A stretch of DNA of 64,000 bases from Octopus bimaculoides (Eukaryota), in the NCBI RefSeq assembly GCF_001194135.2, contig NC_068990.1, positions 81,670,233-81,734,232 of the forward strand. The letters run 5' to 3'. This document shows, in pieces, positions 38,906 through 49,900 of the stretch. Below the pieces are notes generated by a model, which saw only the letters and a list, made by a program, of their open reading frames with translations, ran no database searches and had not been told where the DNA came from. A program made the translations under genes and the position numbers. Position 1 is the first letter of the stretch. The number at the start of each line of letters is the position of its first letter.

Positions 38906-40559
38906 AATTGACATAAAGCTAAAGCTTGATAGAGGAGCAGAAATGGGATTGTGAGACATTCATGCTCCTAACAAAAAGTCAAAAGTAGATATCATTTGAT
39001 TTTTTCAATGAAGAGTACTTCAGTTATTTGATCAACAGAACTCTCCACTCATTGTATGATAATACATGGTTATGTATTCTACAGTCGTTTGTATTCTTCG
39101 AGTAATCTTCTGATAGACTCAATGTGATGCAGTGTGGAACAAGTTTTGTCCTTTGAATTACATGTTCAATCTATCTGATGGGCTTCCGCACAGTTTTTAT
39201 CTACCCACTTTTACTCACAAGATGTAGATTGAACAGGGGCTTTGGAAAAAGATATACCAAAGCACCACAGTGAGCGTGAACCCAGGATCTCATGATTGCA
39301 AAGTAAACATTTTTTACTTCAGTATACATGCACTTAAGCCTTTATTAAGAGTAAGACATGTGTACATGACATAAACAATTGTGATGCAATTTTAGAATAA
39401 CATTTCAAAAATCTTTTTATTTATATGTTTCTTTTCTTTTATCCTATGCTAATATTAGTGAGTTTCTACAGCTTGAAGCTTACTCCAGCATTTATTATCA
39501 GAATAAATGATTGGGATAGACCTCTCTTTCTAGTGAAGAAGCTAATTTAGCAAGAGTTCTCCAATTGCCAAAGAAAGTTTAGAGCTAAATTCTGAATTTT
39601 GATTGGAGAGATTCATTGTGAGAGTGATGCCACCACTCTTCACTGCGATATCTTGAGTTATGTTGTTGGCTATAACTGTTGCCCAAGTACAAAGACAAGT
39701 ATGGTTGAGAAGCTTGCCTCACAACCACATGATTCTAGGTTCAATCTTAGTGTATGGCACTTTAGGCAAATATCTTCTAGCTTCGCCTTGAGTCACCATT
39801 TGAATGGAATGTGGTAGGCAGGGACTGTCTGGCGGCTCATTGTATACATAACTAATAACCCTTTCACAGTTTGATATCAAAAAGGAAATAAAGAATAGTT
39901 AATCCAACCAAGAATGAAAACTTGGTCATCAAACATTGTTCACTGACAATTTGGCACCACTCTATGGTAATTTACTAACAGAGAGAGGATTTACAACTGA
40001 CTGAACATAGATCAAAATGCCTTTAGTCAGGATAATTTACATATAGATTCAATATTCAATGAATCAACAGGAAATTTCAATGTGGTCACTCATTCTGCTA
40101 GAACTAGCAGCCAAATATTCCTCAAATCACATTCTTCAGTTTTAAAATAGGATACACTAGTTGGACAGTGTAATCTTGGATATGCACAAAGATAAAATGG
40201 TCAGTAACAATTTTGTACAGCTTAACATTTTATGCAAACGATGTCTATGACAGATAAATATCTGAAAGCACTTGATGATTTCCATGAGACAAAATGTTAA
40301 CAACTAGGATATAATATGCATGTATACACACATATGCAGAGGAAAATAAGTCTTTCCACACAAGTAGAAGTATAAGAGAAAAAATTGACAATGTAATTTG
40401 AGAAAATTTGCTATTAACTAATCACTTGACATTAGCATAATAATGCTTAGAATTTGAAAATTTGAAGAATTGCTACACAAACCTTCTGTGATAAAACTCA
40501 CCATATTCCATTGCTTTCAAAAAAAAAAAAATTGTGAAAACAGTTAAGCTATTGTATGA

Positions 40560-40772
40560 TTTATCTTTTACTCATTTTAATCATTGGACTATGGCCGTGC
40601 TGAGACATTTCCTTGGCAGATTTTAGTTGAACAAATCAATCCCAGTCAATTATTTTTGTTTAAAATCCAATACTATTTTATCAGTCTGTTGCCAACCTGT
40701 TAGGTTATGAGGAAATAAGCAAACTTGCAACAGTTGTCAAGCAGTGAGGGACAGACAGACAGGCAGGCACAT

Positions 40773-40810
<38 letters not shown>

Positions 40811-40925
40811 ACATGACAAACTCCTTTCAGTTTCCATCAACTGAATCTATTCACAATGCTTTGGTCAGTTTGTGGCGATAATAGAAGACTCATGCCCAAG
40901 GTGCCAAGTAACGGAACTGAAGCAG
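40560..40925 (-). mobile_element. SINE family B, old diverged copy
   Basis: TCATTGGACTATGGCC, GTTGTCAAGCAGTG, CCTTTCAGTTTCCATC, TGCCCAAGGTGCC. Confidence 0.65.
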
Positions 40926-41017
40926 ACTTCTTACATCATACCCATGCCTTCACCTATAAATTTTCAGAAAGTAAATTTTCTTAAATTGTCTTCAAAACAT
41001 TTTGCTTTACTGATAAA

Positions 41018-42939
41018 CAGGCATCCTCACCCTACGTCATTTATTGGTTCCAGGAGACACGACTTAGGTCGAAAAACGACTAAAGTCGAATTAACTTATC
41101 TCTAGGCTAGGCCATATTTACTTATCTCTAGGCTAAACTGATAATAACCATTCCCAGTTCTGTACTTTATTTATGAATGCATTTTCAATAATACTTGGTT
41201 AATAAAAACCTACTTTAAGTTTACAAACAAATAATTCTAATTTTTTAATAAAGAACAGTAAAAAAAAGTAATCTAAATTTACAAATATGATTTGGTAGTG
41301 TTTACCATATATCGCGGACGCTTTATTTATGAATGCGGTTTGCAATAAGACATGGTAAAATAAAAGCCATTTTAAACTTAAAAAAACAAATTCAGTAATT
41401 ATTATTATTTTGCAATAGTAAAAAAACTAAATTATTTAAGATTTACCAATTTGTACATACAATTTGGTGGTTTACATTGCAGATGTAGATGGCTGTTGAT
41501 CGTCAACATCAACAGCTGACTGTGGCTGTTCTTGTTGTTCGATGCATTTAAAAGACCAGTTGAGAGTTCCTTGAACAGTTTTCTTCTTTTCCTCATGGAT
41601 TACATTATGAGGAACAAAAGCTTCATGACAAGCTCCCATAATCTTGGAAAAGCATTGAGCATTTGGATCCATATCCTCGAACATAGAAAGACCTTTTTCG
41701 ATATATGCAAATGCTTGCTGCATTTTCTTAATGGTAACGTGACGTGGCTCAGGTTTGACTTCCTCTTCTTTATTTTGCTGCTTGTGAAGCTCTATCAAAT
41801 CCTTGTTTGTCAGGGGCTGCTTGTCTTTTTCAAATAAATCTGTGAAATCCTCCTGCTCCAAATCCATTTCCAGTTCTTTGCTTGTAGTCACCAATGTTTT
41901 GTTGATGGCTACATTATCAAACCTCTTAAATTCATTCACGAATTGTGGGCAGAGCTTCTTCCATACACCATTCATAGCCTTGCTCTGTACATCATTCCAT
42001 GTCACTGCTATGTTCTGTACAGCCTTATAGATATTGTATCTCTTCCAAAAGTCACAAAGTGTGATGGACTCATTAAGATCAAGTGCAGTAATTGCATGCC
42101 TTAGCATTCACTTCATATAGTAATGCTTGAAGATAGCAATTATTCTCTGATCCATTGGCTGTAGAAGAGACGTGGTGTTTGGAGGGAGGTATACGACAGT
42201 AACATTGGGGTCAAAATCTATGATGTTTTTCAGGTGGCCAGGAGCATTATCTAAGATAAGTAGAACCTTAAAAGTAATCCCCTTCTCCTTACAGTACTTC
42301 TTTGCTGCTGGGATAAAATGATTGAAGAACCAATCGTCAAAAACAACAACAGTAACCCATGCTTTTGAATTATCCATCCATATAACAGGGACATATGCCT
42401 TGGGTATGTTCTTCAGAGTGCAGGGGTTGTGTGCATGATGCACAAGCAATGGCTTTAACATAAAATCTCCTGCACAATTACCTCCCAACATAATGGTCAC
42501 ATGTTCTTTTCAGACCTTGTAGCCTGGAATAGTTTTCTCCTCCTTGGAAATGAAAGAACGGTCTGGCAATTTTTTTTCCAATACAATCCAGTTTCCTCTA
42601 CGTTAAAAATCTGTTCGGAAAGAAACCCATTTTCTTTGATGATTTTCTTTAATGCATTAGGAAATTCTGCTGCTGCTTGTTCATCAGCTGATGCACTTTC
42701 ACCTTGGTCCTTAATAGAGTGATAACTTCTTTGCTTCTTAAATCTCATGAACCATCTTTGACTTGCCTTGAACTCTACATCTTTCTCACCTGGATATTTT
42801 TTCTTCAGGTCCTCAAATGAAGGCAATGCTTTCTCTTGAATGATTTCTTGACTAATAGCAGCATGCTGACGATTCAACCTAACAATCCAGAGAAAGAAGA
42901 CTTTCCATTTCTTCAAAGGTTTTGCCCCTTTTCTTAGTG
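41018..42939 (-). mobile_element. Tigger/pogo DNA transposon, decayed; 3' TIR present, 5' end missing
   Basis: CAGGCATCCTC... terminus at 41018 followed by Tigger-like subterminal ...TAGGTCGAA/AAGTCGAA motifs. Transposase lies in three ORF pieces. Confidence 0.9.
41472..42939 (-). pseudogene. Tigger-like transposase pseudogene (CENP-B HTH plus DDE_1)
   Basis: KKRGKTFEEMESLL, IQEKA, FKASQRWFMRFKK, QIFNVEETGLYWKK, LLILDNAPGH, LPPNTTSLLQPMDQRII, CWKKL-like VWKKLCP. Frameshifts near 42895 and 42500 and an in-frame TGA at 42108-42110. The N-terminal ~80 aa are absent. Confidence 0.93.
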
Positions 42940-43290
42940 TCCTAGCATATGTGCAGCCTCTTTTAATTTTCGTATTTTCCAGTGGTGTTCTCTATTGATT
43001 ATTGCAACTTCATCACACAGCGGGAGGTGGTCTCCGTTTTTGCATACATGATCAACTATACTCGATCCATGTGCAGTCCATATGACATCAGGACAGTATT
43101 TAGAAGTAATACAACACTTTGCAAATATCTTCTCCAAGTAAAACCACCCATAGAAGAGAATATGACCAAAAAACTGCATGTACTCTATCCTACACGGTTG
43201 TGGTAGGTTACACAAAGGCAAAGCATGCTGCCTCCTTAAAGTAAGGGTAGAAGAACATTATAAAGCTATGATATGAGGAGATATATGAAT
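42940..43290. mobile_element. Penelope-like GIY-YIG endonuclease fragment with internal inversion
   Basis: Plus strand 43069-43285: CSPYDIRTVFRSNTTL...VKPPIEENMTK, then frameshift to NCMYSI..CG..HKG...LKVRVEEH...GDI. Minus strand 43068-42940: SSIVDHV..GDHLPLCDEVAIINREHHWKIRKLKEAAHM. Confidence 0.85.
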
Positions 43291-43469
43291 GTAATATGGG
43301 AACCATATTACAGATATGAATATAATATGCAGATAAGTATGTAATATTGGAACTAGTATTAAGAAAAGATAAAATACTAGGTTTATAAGCCCTAAAATTC
43401 ATTCTATAATTGCCCATAGGTATATAGTGTAGTGGATAAGACTGTGTTTAGCATTAGAAGGGGTATCCA

Positions 43470-43750
43470 CCCTAAAAATCATGCCAAAACATACTTTGCT
43501 GGTGCTAGAGCAACATAAAAGGCACCCACTACACTTTGTATGGTGGTTGGCATTAGGAAGGGTATCCCGCCATAAAAAACACCATTCCAAAACAGACAGT
43601 AGAACCCAGTGCAGTTCTCTGGCTTGCCAGCTCATGTNNNNNNNNNNNNNNNNNNNNNNNNNNNNNNNNNNNNNNNNNNNNNNNNAAACTGTCCAACCCA
43701 TGCCAGCATGGAAAATAGACATTAAATGGTGGTAATGATAATGATGATAA
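43470..43750 (+). mobile_element. Family A retroposon, diverged, containing a gap
   Basis: GGCACCCACTACAC, GGTTGGCATTAGGAAGGG, GTCCAACCCATGCCAGCATGG. Confidence 0.7.
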
Positions 43751-43809
43751 TATATATAATATATATATGTAATATAGATAATATTGATGTAATATATATA
43801 CTTATATTA

Positions 43810-43864
<55 letters not shown>

Positions 43865-44309
43865 TACCATTTTTACTACCGGTATAAATTACCTATGGGC
43901 GTACATATGCAAGCATATTATGCTCATAGGATACAAGCAATAACAAAATAAACAAGAGTTTATCAGGGACCAAATTTAAATTAAGCAGAAAATGGAGAAA
44001 ATTCTTGGTTAACAAACAAATTGACTACCATCGATTATTATTTTTTAATACAAAACTTTATCAGATCTAACAACCATTTCTGCTTCCAATGTCCCTCAGC
44101 GCCGCCAAAGAAAATTCTGAGAATATTATTTGTTGTATTCTATGGCACATCCAATCTGTTACATGGAGCTTCATCAGAGTGAAGAAAAATATATAAAATA
44201 AAAGAAGAAAAAAGAAAAGTGTCTCGAGATGAGGAAGAAGGCTTAATATATTTGAATGATATATATATACTATATGTATATAATGTAAATGATATAGTCT
44301 TTGCATATA

Positions 44310-44585
44310 TGCAGATATATAGGGAAAGCTTTGTGACTGGATTTGGTAGATTGAAACTGAAAGAAACTCTTTGTGTTGTGTGTGTCCACCACTGCTTGAC
44401 AACCAGTGTTGGTGTGTTTATGTCTCCATAACTTAGCAGTTTGACTAAAAGAGATCGATAGAATGAGTACCAAGTTTTACAAAGAATAATAAGTACTGGG
44501 ATTAACTCATTTAACTAAAATTCTTCATGGTGGTGCCCCAGCATGGCTACAGTCTAACGACTGAACCAATTAAAAGGTAAAAGAT
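44310..44585 (+). mobile_element. SINE family B, diverged, 5'-truncated
   Basis: GTGACTGGATTTGGTAGATTGAAACTGAAAGAA...CTTGACAACC...ACTGAACCAATTAAAAGGTAAAAG. Confidence 0.7.
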
Positions 44586-45472
44586 ATATTAAGTCTATGC
44601 ATATTTAGAAGGTGGAGGCAAATATTAATAAAACAAATTTTCATCAATATCCTTTTTAGTTTAATTCAATATTCTATCTTCCTTTATCTAACTCTTCTAC
44701 AATATCCCCATTTTCATATGTGTCAGTAAAATGTACTATAATACTTTTTCTGAAATATGTCCAAATCATGGCAGCAAAGAAAGCAAATGTAGAAAAATTT
44801 CGATGTTGATGATTTTGAACAACATTCTCTGTTTTAATCTCATCTCCATTTGAAAATGTATATTTTCTAATTAAAAATCTACACCTATATTACTCCTATT
44901 TTCTTGATTTTTTTCCTTTGTATAAAGGACCCTCCATGAGTAATTAAATATGTAGAACATAAACTGAAAACATATTTACATTACAAAACCATTTCAAATA
45001 ATTCTGTGATGTAAATATATAAGATAATAAATGCAGTATTTGCCTAATTAAGTACATGATTAATTATCCAAATGGAACCTGCTTTTGCAATCACTTTGAC
45101 ATTGCTTGTTTTTTGAAGCTCTTATCAGCTTACAAATAATTTGTACATATTCTTTTCTCCAGGCACAAAAACCAATTTCGTTAGGGGTAGTGAGTTTAAT
45201 CAATCAAATTGACCCACTATTTTATTGATCTCAGAGTGATGGAAACCAAAATCAACACTGCTGAGATTTAAACACTAAAAGTAGGTAATATAAAGCATCT
45301 AGGCTAACTTTCTACAACTTTCCGCTGCTTCACCTAGTAAATGTTTAGATGTTCCAGCCATGAACGTCTCCTATTTTTAGTATATCCATGACCACGTTAT
45401 CCCATGTGTTGTTCCTTTCTTTAAACAACAGTGTAATTGAGAGAGATTTAGCTGCTATTGTAGGCAATGAGG

Positions 45473-45696
45473 AACAAGAAACGTTAGCGCGCCGGGCGAA
45501 ATGCTGAGCGGTATTTCGTCTGCCGCTACATTCTGAGTTCAAATTCCGCCGAGGTCGACTTTGCCTTTCATCCTTCCGGGGTCGATAAATTAAGTACCAG
45601 TTATGCACTGGGGTTGATGTAATCGACTTAATCCCTTTGTCTGTCCTTGTTTGTTCCCTCTATGTTTAGCCCCTTGTAAGCAATAAAGAAATAAGA
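45473..45696 (+). mobile_element. SINE family D (CORE-like), low divergence
   Basis: GAAACGTTAGCGCGCCGGGCGAAATGC...GAGTTCAAATTCC...GCCTTTCATCCTTCCGGGGTCGATAAATTAAGTACCAG. CpG-rich, A-rich tail. Confidence 0.85.
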
Positions 45697-45759
45697 ATCA
45701 TATAAGTCTTAAAAACAAAATGATATCATGTCGTTTTACCTAGTTGAGATTAGAGGAAG

Positions 45760-46140
45760 AGTCGTTGTCCATGACCTTTGCGTCTCTGAGGTCAGTGAGC
45801 TTGATGCCATTATTGCTGCATTTAAACTGTTGCAAGTCAACACCTTCAGGAAAGATATGAGCTGTGCGAAGATCCCAGAGAGCTATCCTGGGTAGAAAAA
45901 AAATAACAGCATAATTCTTAATGCAGTACCAAAGGTGTTGAACACTAAGAGTCACAAGAATAAGAAAGACAAATATGTTGGAGCTGCTTTAAATAGTGGC
46001 GGCATGAGACCGACTAGCTCTGATAAACAGGGTCTGTGAAAGTAGCAATAGAGGAGACTGCACTCCTGTGGGCCAGAGACTGAAATGTGTCCATTAGTGA
46101 TTGAATTCTAGTTAGTCGAGTAACTCTTCTCTAGATGTAG
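45760..46140 (-). mobile_element. CR1/Zenon-like LINE 3' fragment
   Basis: Minus frame LWDLRTAHIFPEGVDLQQFK. Shares AAACTGTTGCAAGTCAACACC (21 bp) with 35328-35348. Confidence 0.65.
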
Positions 46141-46722
46141 TCCTTGTGACTGTACATCCAAAACAGTGCACTATGGTACATGGAGGTTCAGTGAGGTGCA
46201 GCTAGGTACACAGCTAAAACATCAAAATCATATTTAAAAATGTGAAAATTACAGAATGAAATTCTAAAAATAAAGTCTTCATGACAATGTTTCATTGACT
46301 AAATAGGTTTGTAATAATTTTATGCAGTTTAAATTATTTGTTAACTAATATATAAATACTCCTTTCCCTTAAAACTATTTTTTTTTCTTTGTGCTCAAGG
46401 TGTACTAAAATATTTTTGTTTGCTCTGTTATGAATTGCCCCATATTTGTTTGTAGCCTTTGTAGTTTCTTGTAAAAAGAAATCAGTTTAAACACTAACGA
46501 AGATGACAATTAGAAGATCTGTAGCTTTCTATGGTTTGTTAGAGAAAATGTTGAAGACAACAGGTCAAGTAAGGGTGGAGCTTGTCAAGATTAGCTTCAG
46601 AGGTGACCTTTGTGGTTTACTGTTATCATGTTTTTCAGTATCAGCTGTTCTACTTTAGGGAGAAGAAAGCCTTTAGATGAACAAATTGATGAAATTTATA
46701 TGATACCAGTTAGTATGTATGT

Positions 46723-46976
46723 GTGGAGGCGCATGGCTTAGTGGTTAGGGTGTCAGCACCATGATTGTAAGATTATGGTTTCGTTTCTTGGACCGGGCAA
46801 TGCATTGTGTTCTTGAGCAAAACACTTCATTTCACGTTGCTCCAGTTCACTCAGCTGGCAACAATGAGTAACGCCGCGATGGACTGGCGTCCCTTCTAGC
46901 TGTGGAACACATACGCCATTGAAACCGGGAAACCGGGCCCATGAACCTCACTAGGCTTTACAAGGGCACAAGAAGA
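46723..46976 (+). mobile_element. tRNA-derived SINE family C (V-SINE-like), full length
   Basis: A-box-like TGGCTTAGTGG, then TGTGTTCTTGAGCAAAACACTT, CGATGGACTGGCGTCCC and a (GAA)n tail. 11-bp TSD AGTATGTATGT at 46712-46722 and 46977-46987. Confidence 0.88.
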
Positions 46977-49900
46977 AGTATGTATGTAACTTGTTACTAT
47001 GATAACCTCAATGTTAATCTGAAGGTAATACATTGGAAATAAGTTCAATTTTAAAAGAACAGTTTAATAACTTAATGTTCAAATTTCATATTTATCAATG
47101 GTATGTCCTAAACATTTTTACAAATCTTCAAATTTATTTTTTTATCCATCCAATTCATAATTGGTTAAGTGCAAAAATATGAATCTTTGACCAGAGACTG
47201 GTATTCATTTGTACTATAGTATATTTAAAACAACTTTTACTTGATACATACATTTTGCTTGTAGACAAAGATCAGATTTTCCCTGAAGCATATAAAATAA
47301 TTTAGTGAAACTAATCAATTTCTTGAAATCGTTTCCTCTTTTCTTTGGGAGTCACTAACAATCACTGCTAGATTTTTGTTTTCATCCAACAACTAAGATG
47401 GAAATTTCAGTTGTAAATCAAACTTTTTTTTTGCATATGTCATACATACTTATTTGTCTTTATTCAATTCAATTGGCAGTCTGGATGTATTTCCCTAAGA
47501 TCAGTAACTTTTTTTATTATAACTATACACGCATGCACATACACACCATTTGTGCACCCTTACATTTATAAGATATTATATACACATACTATAACACAAT
47601 ATATATTAATGTGTAGGATTCTGTGATAATTTAATTGTTTATAACTAACAAATTATCAATATATCAATAATAGTTTACTTTTATTTCAAATAAACTCTGT
47701 AATGTTCATTCTGATTCAAGATTATTGGAAGTATTTTGATTTTCATTGTCTATCACTTTTAACTGAAATTAAATTGTATTAACAATGGGGAAAAAATCCC
47801 AGAAAACATACCATCACATCTTACTTAAATTTCTGAAAGAAATATTATAAAATTAACATTAACAATGTATGTAAAATCTTGTTAAAATCTATGTAGAATT
47901 CTAAAACTGTATGGGTAAGTGTTATTTATTTGCATTAGGGTTTCCATATTTTCACATATTTTTCCATAGTATTTAACAAATTATTGTATAAAATCAGTAT
48001 AGAATATGTGTAATAAGTATCTAATATTTCATTATAATTATATATTCTCACTACATAAAATTCATCTATTACAAATATAATGTTGCCCCAGCTTGGCCTC
48101 AGCCTCTAGTGGTAACAAGGAAAGTAGAAGTATTTGTATGAAGCATTAAAGAACTGTAAACCTTGCAAAACTGCTGATGCTTTGCTGAAAAGCATTAAAT
48201 AATAGCAATGTTACAATTATATTATCTTAGGTCTCAGACAAGCAGCTACTATGTAAAAAGAAATTTGTATCACAGCAACCAGTAGCTCTGCTCTGTTTCC
48301 ACTGACAGATCAGCAAGTGATCTACTATTATATATTGATTCCAAATGGTCTATTTTCATAGAATACGATGATAAAAACCTAACAAATCATTCCTGAGACC
48401 AAACAATCATATTAAGCCACACACAAAAACAGGCTACAGTTTCTTGAGATAGCTCACTGATTTTGTGGCAATGTCTACTAATGAATGAAATTGTACCTCA
48501 AATCAATGTTACCAAGGCAGAAATTCTTTTACCTATATTTCTTTAATCAGTTCATCACTAAACTACTTTCTTTTGACCAGAGTATTTAGTTTGATACTTT
48601 CATTTAATCACAATGAGTAAATAAATATATCTCCTGAAAAAAAAAAAAAAAAGAAAAAAAAAAGATCTTCCTTGTAGAACATGATACCATTTCAAACTCT
48701 ATCAGATTTATATCAATTCAGTAGGTCAGAGAATCGCCTAAAGCTAGTGGACAAAACATTCATTTTAAGATGATGCTCACAATAATGGAGGTAGTATAGT
48801 ATGTCCAGAAAGATGTTGTTTCTACTACTACTACAATGTGTCAATTGTATAAGGAAACTCTGCAAAACTACTTCTGCAATTTAGCAGAATATTCTTACAC
48901 TTTGATTATCAATTACTTCTACAGTTGCTAATCAATCTTTGTTATGTTTTTTAATATATTTCACAGCAGGGTTAGTCCATCATTGACTTTCTTTCTTGAT
49001 TGAAACATTTCACTTCACTTCTGCTATTAATGTCTTTTTGGAAATAGTTAAAATATAACAGATTTTTTTTTCATAACTATTGAATTTTGTTTCTTCAATT
49101 TATATTACTCCAGATGAATATATTTTATAAGTATAAGTCATTACAGCCAGTCAGATAGATAATCTTTATTTAACAAGTCATTTACTTGTTCAAACAATAG
49201 TACTTAGTCTTGTTTCTAAACCATCAGTTTTGGAGTTTTTAATTTCACTAGCTTTAGTTTCAATCATACTATCAATTCTCAGCTAGATATATTTTTTACA
49301 TAACTGGTTTATGGTCAAAGAGATGTCCATGGCTATGAGGTAGCAATAATTACAGTTAAAAATTCAGCCTAATTGCAGGTTAAAGTGTGAAAGAAGATAC
49401 TAACAGGGAGAGAATATGGGGAAAGGAAAGATTGATCAAAGTGTTTTGTATAAAATCTGAGGATGATGTTAGCGAGGAAGAGAAGTTGGTGCAACAGGTG
49501 CATTCAGCAGGTGGGGTTTGTAGCATTTGGAAGTCCAGAGGAGCATTACTCATTGAAGTAGTTGCAGATCTACTCAGATATATTTAAATATTTGCTAAAA
49601 CATGATCACTTTTATGACAAATAAATAAATTTATTACTTTATTATAGTGTTTATTTTAAGCAAAATATTTTCAACATTTCCAAAATATCAAATTTGAAGC
49701 TATTTTTGTAAAATGAATAATTAATGAAAGTACCTATTTTTAGAAACAGATATGATGTCTCTGATGTGAAAGGAAAAGGAAATTATGAAATTGCAAATTT
49801 TATATTTCTTCCTAAATACATTGGCACAACATAGATATATCTATGTACAAATTAAGTACTACAATATGTATCTTGTAGTACTTATTTCAACTCTCTGCAC

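Noticed and set aside
39542-39675. Minus-strand acceptor plus IANNITQDIAVKSGGITLTMNL...LLLN*
   Set aside because: Protein-like, but only ~44 codons to a stop, with no recognisable homology.
35290-45955. Shared peptide HVFPAGVDLQQF / HIFPEGVDLQQF looked like duplicated exons
   Set aside because: It matches the ORF2 C-terminal tail of the LINE family seen repeatedly in the window, and the flanks are frameshifted.
49390-49570. Minus frame ending in a hydrophobic, GPI-signal-like tail (LINLSFPHILSLLVSSFTL*)
   Set aside because: Weak acceptor and no linked upstream exon, so it is consistent with chance.
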